64,000 bases of DNA from Nitrospiraceae bacterium. Lineage in GTDB: Bacteria > Nitrospirota > Nitrospiria > Nitrospirales > Nitrospiraceae. Positions within the stretch are counted from its first letter, which is position 1. Each line of letters opens with the position of its first letter. Where the stretch lies: contig JBFWWG010000008.1 in NCBI GenBank assembly GCA_050246315.1, positions 1-64,000 on the forward strand, written 5' to 3'. Made by a program: the position numbers and the translations under genes. A model generated the notes under the pieces. It saw nothing but the letters and a program-made list of their open reading frames with translations. It did no database searches and had not been told where the DNA came from. Positions 57,584 through 64,000 of this stretch are shown here, piece by piece.

Positions 57584-59157
57584 TTTTCTCCTCCGCCACT
57601 TCCTCCGGGAGCCGATTGGGAGCCACTTCCTTGCGATCCGCCGGAGCTGCCAGATCCCGCATCCTGAAATGCGCCACTCCTAAAAAAACTTCTAGCGGGA
57701 GTAAAGACGTAGGAGAGCGAGATCATGATCATCTGTTTGGAGAACGCGAATAGTCCCTGCTCTGAAATAGCCACTGGACTTCGGTCCGCAAAATTCAGCC
57801 ACGTGTGAGTAAGAGCCGCCCTGAACGAGGGGGTAAACAAGTAGTTTAGCGAGGAAGTCGTTCCATATGTGTCGAACGCAAAGGTGATTGCCTGCTGAGT
57901 TCCGACGCTTCGGGCAAAGTTTAGTCCCATCTGCAAGGTCATTCTATCTAAGACCCCTACCTGAGCCTGAGCACCCACGACATGACTTTCCATCGGACCA
58001 GACTGCGCGACAAAACTTGGAAAGACTGAATAGTTGTAACTCATCGTAATTGCGTATTGGCCGGGTCTGAATGACCCTCCTTGGCCGACATTCCAAGGCA
58101 CGGGAGGCAGACCACCAAACAACCCACTACCAAATGAAGCTCCGTAGGGCCCGATGTCCCGAAGGGTGGAGGCAAAGGAACTCCACGTAATGATCGCGCT
58201 GGCCGTCGGAGCAATTGCGGCACTGGTAGTGGTGGGGTTACCACTGCTCACATCGGTGAAACCAGGAATGAGCTGAGCGCCGCCGCCGAGGCTGCTTGTG
58301 AGCTGCCTGGTCCATGTCCGAGACCAGGTAACAGTTGCTGTATGAAGATTAAAGTTGCCAACTGTAGGCTGTTCGAACAGTGAATAAGAATAGTTTGTGG
58401 TCAGCGAATCTCTTTGAGAGAGTCGCGTGCTGAGTCCAACCTGTCCAAGATAACTGTTCGTATCATACAATTGATTTTGAGCACCTGGACTTGATACGCC
58501 AAATTGCCCGCCAAAGCTCAGATGAGAATAGGAACCGCTTAATTGAAGGTCGGTGCGAGGTGTCAACGCATAAGCAGTATTGAGCGTTGCCGTATAGGTA
58601 GTAATTCGCACTCGGTTCGTGACTTGTCCGCTGTCGAACGGACCCAAGGTACCCATCGTGCCCGTGGTTCCGAACCCTACTCCGGCAAAACCTACCCCGC
58701 CAGCCCCAAAAGCGGTGGCGCTCGGTGTGAATTGATAGCTTCCATACACATTCAATGCTCTTACTCGAGGAGACATCCGCTTTCCCAACTGAAGAAGGTC
58801 CATCATGGCCGACGCATTAAACCCGGCATAATCAAGCTGGGGATTGTTCACATATTTGGCAAACACTCCAGCAAAACTTAACGAGCCGTTGAAGGATCGC
58901 CCCGTATGAGCCAACAGGAGCTGAGGATTCGCAAGGGTTACAAAATCTTCCGGCTTCAGCCCAGGGGCGAGACGGTCCGTGGGGGCATAATACACGTTCG
59001 TGTCGTACGTTTCGCTGACCGAAATGAGAGGGATCACACGCGTCTCTCCATACGCGCTGCTTACCCCCATCACCGTGGCCAAGACCACCGAGCACCGAAT
59101 GACGATTATCCAACCAGCCCCCCTCCAGGCTAGGCTACGGAACCACAATGACATCAC
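57580..59157 (-). CDS. Outer-membrane beta-barrel of polysaccharide export (EpsX/WzpB-type partner)
   Basis: Signal peptide; P.ISVSETYDTNV start motif; many amphipathic beta strands; located between OPX and Wzc. Confidence 0.72.
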   Translation of the reverse strand: MMSLWFRSLAWRGAGWIIVIRCSVVLATVMGVSSAYGETRVIPLISVSETYDTNVYYAPTDRLAPGLKPEDFVTLANPQLLLAHTGRSFNGSLSFAGVFAKYVNNPQLDYAGFNASAMMDLLQLGKRMSPRVRALNVYGSYQFTPSATAFGAGGVGFAGVGFGTTGTMGTLGPFDSGQVTNRVRITTYTATLNTAYALTPRTDLQLSGSYSHLSFGGQFGVSSPGAQNQLYDTNSYLGQVGLSTRLSQRDSLTTNYSYSLFEQPTVGNFNLHTATVTWSRTWTRQLTSSLGGGAQLIPGFTDVSSGNPTTTSAAIAPTASAIITWSSFASTLRDIGPYGASFGSGLFGGLPPVPWNVGQGGSFRPGQYAITMSYNYSVFPSFVAQSGPMESHVVGAQAQVGVLDRMTLQMGLNFARSVGTQQAITFAFDTYGTTSSLNYLFTPSFRAALTHTWLNFADRSPVAISEQGLFAFSKQMIMISLSYVFTPARSFFRSGAFQDAGSGSSGGSQGSGSQSAPGGSGGGEK

Positions 59158-59800
59158 CAGCCTTGAGTATGAAATTCGCCTCTAGGTTTTTCCCGAGCAC
59201 GATATCCTCATAAGGAACAGGAAATTGGATTTGCTTCGGTTCTCCGTGACCATTTGTGACCATTCGGAGCACATGCATCTTGTTTCTCGATGCAAACGTG
59301 GTGAAGCCTCCAGCATAGGAGATGCCTTGAAGCACAGTCGCGAAAGACTTCAGCGTGTATTTCCCGGGCTTGGACACTTCTCCAAGCACATAAATGTAAT
59401 AGCTATTGATTTCTTTCACTTGAACCGAAACCGTCGGGCTAGCAATGTATTCGGCTAGCCCGTCTGCAATGCGTTTTGATAGGGCCTGTGCGGTCATTCC
59501 TGCAGCCTGGACATCTCCGATCAGCGGCAGCGAAATCTTCCCATCGGGCCGCACAATCACTTCCTTGGACAATTCCTGATTGCGCCAAACATTTACGATC
59601 AGTACATCTTCAGGTCCGATGAGGAACTCCGTTGGGGTAGCTCCTTTCAATGGGTATTCAACCTGGGTACCCGAGCAGCCGCCCAGCACAAGGACGCACA
59701 CCAGCAGACTGAGCTGGACAAGCGGCCAGTCGAGTCTCACATCGAGCCCAGGAGACGCTCGAAGACCACCAAATTGTCTCATCGCTACCACTTGCATCAC
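59135..59800 (-). CDS. Short polysaccharide export OPX (Wza-like) lipoprotein
   Basis: LGGC lipobox; IGPEDVL.V.VW, VRPDGKISLPLIG, GEVSKPG and GDVIVVP motifs. Confidence 0.9.
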   Translation of the reverse strand: MMQVVAMRQFGGLRASPGLDVRLDWPLVQLSLLVCVLVLGGCSGTQVEYPLKGATPTEFLIGPEDVLIVNVWRNQELSKEVIVRPDGKISLPLIGDVQAAGMTAQALSKRIADGLAEYIASPTVSVQVKEINSYYIYVLGEVSKPGKYTLKSFATVLQGISYAGGFTTFASRNKMHVLRMVTNGHGEPKQIQFPVPYEDIVLGKNLEANFILKAGDVIVVP

Positions 59801-59862
59801 CTTCGTTCTTGCTCCTTAAGGGTTGCGCGCACAAGATCTCCTTGAAACTAGGGGATACCGGA

Positions 59863-60561
59863 TCAACGGCTTGGCAGCACGACCATCGTTTCCGAAGGTA
59901 CAACGATCAAATCGCCTGGCCTGAGCTCGATATTCTGATTCGACCCATCCCGAATCACCATGTCGTCGTAGCTCGCCTTTATTTTTGTCAGACCTTCGGC
60001 ATCCTTACCATATCGAAAAACGACAATCTTATTGCGTGCAGCAACTTGTGTGAAACCTCCCGCAACCGTAATCGCCTGCAACAACGTCAACTTGCTAGTC
60101 AGCGGATACTTCCCTGGCTTATTCACCTCGCCCAGAACATAAATTTGATAGCTCTTCACTTCTTTAACCAAGATCGAAACAGTGGGATTCTCCATGTAGG
60201 CTCTGAGACGAGAAGAAATCTCATCGGTTAGCTGTGACGGTGTCTTGCCCACCGCCGAAACATCGCCAACCAGCGGCAATGAAATTCTTCCGTCAGGTCT
60301 TACCTGGACCTGCTTCGAGAGATCATTGTTCTTCCACACGGCGATTTCCAAAACATCTTCGGGCCCCAAGATATACTCGGGGGTTACTATCAATTGAGAA
60401 TTTTCGGCTGCGGCACTCATCAGCCGCACCTTCGTATCTGCTTGGCTCACTGCGGGAATGACAGGCCCTCCAGCTTGAGCAGGTCCTCCAGCTTGAGAAT
60501 GAGCCAAGTCACAAAACACTGCTAGCAAGAAGAGGATCAAACTGCTTGTCAATAGCCTCAT
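59863..60561 (-). CDS. Short polysaccharide export OPX (Wza-like) protein
   Basis: Signal peptide; YILGPEDVL, VRPDGRISLPLVG, GEVNKPG and PGDLIVVP motifs; start 60561. Confidence 0.9.
   Translation of the reverse strand: MRLLTSSLILFLLAVFCDLAHSQAGGPAQAGGPVIPAVSQADTKVRLMSAAAENSQLIVTPEYILGPEDVLEIAVWKNNDLSKQVQVRPDGRISLPLVGDVSAVGKTPSQLTDEISSRLRAYMENPTVSILVKEVKSYQIYVLGEVNKPGKYPLTSKLTLLQAITVAGGFTQVAARNKIVVFRYGKDAEGLTKIKASYDDMVIRDGSNQNIELRPGDLIVVPSETMVVLPSR
60462..60497. repeat. In-frame 18-bp tandem duplication (one mismatch) in the OPX N-terminal linker
   Basis: CAGGCCCTCCAGCTTGAG / CAGGTCCTCCAGCTTGAG; encodes the repeated QAGGP unit. Confidence 0.8.
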
Positions 60562-60738
60562 TTCATCCCCCACGTCATTACTACCCCCATCATGCTCTCG
60601 GTCCTTCGCCCGCACCGAAAGGCCTTCCTAGATAGATAATCCGACAAATTGCAGCCATATCCCCTTTGTTCCCGTATCATCCATGCTGAAGACAACTGAG
60701 GCTGGATGGCTTCTTCAGTGAGCGAAGCACTCAATGAA

Positions 60739-61089
60739 TCAGAAAATAAACTTCAGCCCCACAAAATAGGCACCATTGCCGGCCGACTTACTAAAAGGCA
60801 GTCGGCGTGTCCAGCGAACCTCAGCTAGTGTAGGTGTTTCAGCATTCGTGATAGGGGTAGGGACGTAGACTTTAAGAACCTGGTCCAAGAGGGGCTCCCG
60901 ATCCATGAGAACGAGCATGCCCCCTGAGCTGATATTAAGTGAGAGGGCCCTACCCTGAAGAACAAGCGCCTCACGGGGAAGGTCGAGTGGTGCCGTGAGT
61001 TCATACGGAATGGGTCTTAGGAGGGCAACCCGCTCGCTGTGGTCCCTGTTGTTATCCTCAATCGTCCAATCCCAATCTCCAGCAGCCAC
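60739..61089 (-). CDS. Stand-alone PilZ-domain protein
   Basis: NISSGGM (D/NxSxxG), AEVRW and YFVGLKF motifs; AAGGGAG RBS. Confidence 0.8.
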   Translation of the reverse strand: MAAGDWDWTIEDNNRDHSERVALLRPIPYELTAPLDLPREALVLQGRALSLNISSGGMLVLMDREPLLDQVLKVYVPTPITNAETPTLAEVRWTRRLPFSKSAGNGAYFVGLKFIF

Positions 61090-61170
61090 CTCAATTACTC
61101 CCTTTCATTTACTTCCTTCCATTCCTTCTCGCGCTCCAAATTTGGCTTTACAGTGAAACGTGGAATCTTA

Positions 61171-61187
61171 TGCAAAATATGTGCGAA
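61171..61187 (-). promoter_or_regulatory. Candidate sigma-54 (-24/-12)-like promoter for the PilZ/EPS operon
   Basis: Minus strand TTCGCACATATTTTGCA vs consensus TGGCAC-N5-TTGCA. One mismatch falls in the normally invariant GG. About 80 bp upstream of the PilZ gene. Confidence 0.4.
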
Positions 61188-61550
61188 GAAAGACAAATTA
61201 TTCCTAAAGATGGAACGAAAAAAGATTGAGATGCATGATGACACGTGAACGATCACAAGTTATTGAATGCAAATGTATATTGCATTAAATTTCCCACAAC
61301 TCGATGAACTGCTGGCACAGATCGCGGAAATCCTCGAGCGGTAACAAACTAATGGCGACACTATGAATTTGAGGCAAATTTGTACAATAACCTATATGTA
61401 TACCGTTCCATACGAAAGTAGCAAGTTGACTACCTCGAAAGTGTTAGATACTATTTCCATTGACGGTGGCAATGCAATGCTTGGTGTCCGTTCAGAATTT
61501 AGAATAGAGCCGAACTTACCCATTTCGACCACGAAAGTAAACAAATAGCC

Positions 61551-62174
61551 ATGTCGCCTGAGGATTATCAGAATAACGCTACATCTCAACCTCAGATCGA
61601 TGCAATAACCGAGCAGCGGGCTGGCCCCGGAATAATCGTTCTGTCCTCATCAATGCAATTACTCCACATGAACCGCCAAGCCTCAGAGCTTTGCCGGAAG
61701 ATAAACGATGCAGAACATGGGAAGCAGAACAGCAAGCAGGCGCAGGGCGTACTTCCATCAGCGCTCACGGAACTGTCCTCTGAAATCATTAAAGCACTGA
61801 CGGTTCGCACTGAAGCCAAAGACTGGGAACAGTTTGAAGTAAAGCGCGTAGCCGGAAATTCCGAGCAACCGATTCTGCTTCGGGGGTTTGGGTTGCCCGA
61901 TCGAGGCGGCATTTCCAGCGCCCGACTTGTTATCACCATGGAGGAGATTGGTCGCCGGCAACAATTTAGTACGGACCAGGCGAAAGAACGGTTCCAATTG
62001 ACCAACAGAGAGCACGCCGTAGTTGAGCATTTAGCAAAAGGCTGGACGAACAAAGAAATCGCCAATGCTCTGAACATAACGGAGCAAACAGTTAAGGAAC
62101 ATATCAAACATATTATGCGTAAGACGAATTCCACCACTCGCACCGGCATCCTTGCCCAAGTTTTCCGCTCATAA
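61551..62174 (+). CDS. LuxR-family HTH transcriptional regulator without a receiver domain
   Basis: LTNRE..V...LAKGWTNKEIA..LNITEQTVKEH...IMRK; N-terminal PAS-like segment. Confidence 0.9.
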   Translation: MSPEDYQNNATSQPQIDAITEQRAGPGIIVLSSSMQLLHMNRQASELCRKINDAEHGKQNSKQAQGVLPSALTELSSEIIKALTVRTEAKDWEQFEVKRVAGNSEQPILLRGFGLPDRGGISSARLVITMEEIGRRQQFSTDQAKERFQLTNREHAVVEHLAKGWTNKEIANALNITEQTVKEHIKHIMRKTNSTTRTGILAQVFRS

Positions 62175-62326
62175 CATCTTCGTCGTCTCTGATAGATCAC
62201 ACCTGTTGTTTAAACGCATCAGTTGTTACTGATCTGCCCAGTGCGAACTGGTCGCCCCTTGGCTGCATTTTCAATGGCTTGAGAGTGTGCTTCGGTGGCC
62301 TGTACTTTGCTCATCATTATCTTCAT

Positions 62327-62845
62327 ATGGCTCCCAATTCGAAATGGATACAGTGTGTCTTCTTGGTCGCGCTGGGTGTGGTCATTTCCGGGTGTCAGTC
62401 CGACGCAGGCTCCATTCATCGATCAAATTTTGGCGAGATCTGGAAAACCTACCAGGCATGTCGGTCGGCCGATAAAACGGAAGAGGTCATCATGCATGCC
62501 AGAACCGTGGAAAATATGGTCGTGCTTAGGAGTCCGCGGATACTGACTGCCGATCCTGATCGAATCTCACAGGGAACGTTGACGAAACTCGTCCATCCTC
62601 TTAAGACCAGACTGGCCGTTGATCCGCAAGCCATGAACGCAGATTGCCTTCTCCACGCGGGACAAGTTGCCTATCGACAAGGACAGATTATCCTTGCGCA
62701 GGACATGTTTGGCCGAATCTTACGAGGCGCTCAAGAGCCTGAGCTTCGCTATTATGTCGAATCGGCACGGCTGGGACTGCTTAGAATCGATCAGGAATTC
62801 CAGGCCACAGCCGAGAAGATCCCACCGACTGCTCTGCCTAACTAA
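62327..62845 (+). CDS. Hypothetical lipoprotein
   Basis: Hydrophobic signal with VISGC lipobox; helical TPR-like C-terminus; ATG 62327. Confidence 0.6.
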   Translation: MAPNSKWIQCVFLVALGVVISGCQSDAGSIHRSNFGEIWKTYQACRSADKTEEVIMHARTVENMVVLRSPRILTADPDRISQGTLTKLVHPLKTRLAVDPQAMNADCLLHAGQVAYRQGQIILAQDMFGRILRGAQEPELRYYVESARLGLLRIDQEFQATAEKIPPTALPN

Positions 62846-64000
62846 TTCATAGACCCACTTCTTCGCTCATCGCCTGCTCCTGGATCTGGGCAAAGTATTT
62901 TGTAAAGTTCCTCATACTGTTGAGCGGCTCCAGTCCACCCAACCTGCACCTGCATGCAGGCATCAATCAGTCTCTCCCATTCCGACTCTCGGTAAAGACC
63001 GAGTGCCCTTTTCAGCGAGCGCATGAAGGCTTCCGGAGTCGGGTCGTCGAACACAAAACCTGTCGGTGCGTGGGAGGCATCTCCGGGATATCCTATCACG
63101 GTGTCAGCCAACCCTCCTGTTTTCCTCACGATCGGCACGGTCCCATATCGCAAGCTAGAGAGCTGGGTCAACCCGCAAGGTTCATATCGCGAAGGAACCA
63201 AGAAAATATCGGCACCGGCCTGAATGCGATGAGCCAACCCTTCGTCAAAACCCAGTCGGACCCGAACGTGAGTTGGGTACGCCTTCTCCAAGTCCTTCAG
63301 CCGGCGCTCCAACAGATGGTCACCGGTTCCCAGCACCACCATCTGGAAATCGATCGTGCCCATGCTTTCCAGTGCATCGGCCACCAGATCGATCCCTTTC
63401 TGCTCCACAAGCCTGGATACAACCCCGATCAACGGACTCTCGTCCACCGGTAACTGCATCGTCTCCTGCAAGGTCGATTTGCACAGTCGCTTCCCTGAAC
63501 GGTCACGCGCGGAGTATCGCGCGGGCAAGCACGGATCTTGTGAAGGATCCCACAGCTCGATATCGATCCCGTTCGTGATACCGATGAGACGATCGTGACG
63601 TTCCCGTAGCACGCCATCCAGCCCAAATCCCAGTTCCGGTAGTTGAATCTCCCGAGCGTAGGTCGGGCTCACGGTCGTGAGCCAGTCGGATGCGACAATG
63701 CCGCCCTTCAGCAGGTTGACGGATCCATAAAACTCGAGCCATGCCGGACTGAACCATTCAGGAGGCAATCCCATCCTCGGATATTCCGACCCAGGGAAAA
63801 TCCCCTGATAGCCGAGATTGTGAATGGTGAGAATGTTTCGAACCCCCTTCAGCATAGCCGGCCGGCCCTCATTTGCGCGTAGGTATAGGGGAACCAATGC
63901 TGCTTGCCAATCGTGCACATGAATTATGTCCGGCATCCATCCTGAAGACTTGGCGGAGGCCATCAGCCATTCCACCGTCGCTCTCGAGAAAAACGCGAAC
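62842..64000 (-). CDS. glgA: Glycogen synthase (5' end off-window)
   Basis: HVHDWQ, TIHNLGYQG, TVSPTYA, SRLVEQKG, PSRYEPCGLTQ and TGGLADTV motifs. Confidence 0.93.
   Translation of the reverse strand, partial: FAFFSRATVEWLMASAKSSGWMPDIIHVHDWQAALVPLYLRANEGRPAMLKGVRNILTIHNLGYQGIFPGSEYPRMGLPPEWFSPAWLEFYGSVNLLKGGIVASDWLTTVSPTYAREIQLPELGFGLDGVLRERHDRLIGITNGIDIELWDPSQDPCLPARYSARDRSGKRLCKSTLQETMQLPVDESPLIGVVSRLVEQKGIDLVADALESMGTIDFQMVVLGTGDHLLERRLKDLEKAYPTHVRVRLGFDEGLAHRIQAGADIFLVPSRYEPCGLTQLSSLRYGTVPIVRKTGGLADTVIGYPGDASHAPTGFVFDDPTPEAFMRSLKRALGLYRESEWERLIDACMQVQVGWTGAAQQYEELYKILCPDPGAGDERRSGSMN

Noticed and set aside
61312..61328. TGGCAC as a sigma-54 promoter for luxR
   Set aside because: No TTGC at the required spacing.
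61592..62200. 202-aa minus-strand ORF
   Set aside because: Antisense to the clear LuxR gene.
1..64000. CRISPR array, tRNA, rRNA, prophage, exosortase or PEP-CTERM substrate genes
   Set aside because: No repeat-spacer periodicity, RNA-gene signature, phage gene or VPEP-TM-basic C-terminus was seen on manual reading.

Overview
The window is almost entirely one minus-strand cell-surface polysaccharide locus of about 61 kb (144-61089), of the PEP-CTERM/XrtA-associated type. The gene order at its head (LuxR <> PilZ, two short Wza/OPX genes, outer-membrane beta-barrel, fused Wzc, priming sugar transferase, DUF3473 deacetylase) resembles Nitrospira-like genomes; that taxonomy is my inference. The locus also carries a Wzm/Wzt ABC exporter, an O-antigen-ligase-like protein, nine glycosyltransferases, nucleotide-sugar enzymes and many tailoring enzymes (methyl, carbamoyl, amide, aminoacyl, redox). 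It is bounded on the left by the 3' end of an IS630-family element and on the right by a LuxR regulator, a lipoprotein and a partial glgA. The most notable signal is a dispersed SxtI/J/K/L-like set: a carbamoyltransferase, an SxtJ membrane protein, several SGNH paralogs, and a 50-aa membrane peptide missed by the ORF track that ends in FIYTLF, like the DltX acyl-carrier motif. No MBOAT is present in the window, which suggests an MBOAT-free trans-membrane carbamoyl relay (hypothesis). Two SGNH paralogs are frameshifted; one is a decayed, internally deleted tandem copy of its neighbour. I saw no rRNA, tRNA or CRISPR array. All family calls come from motif recognition by eye, not from database searches.
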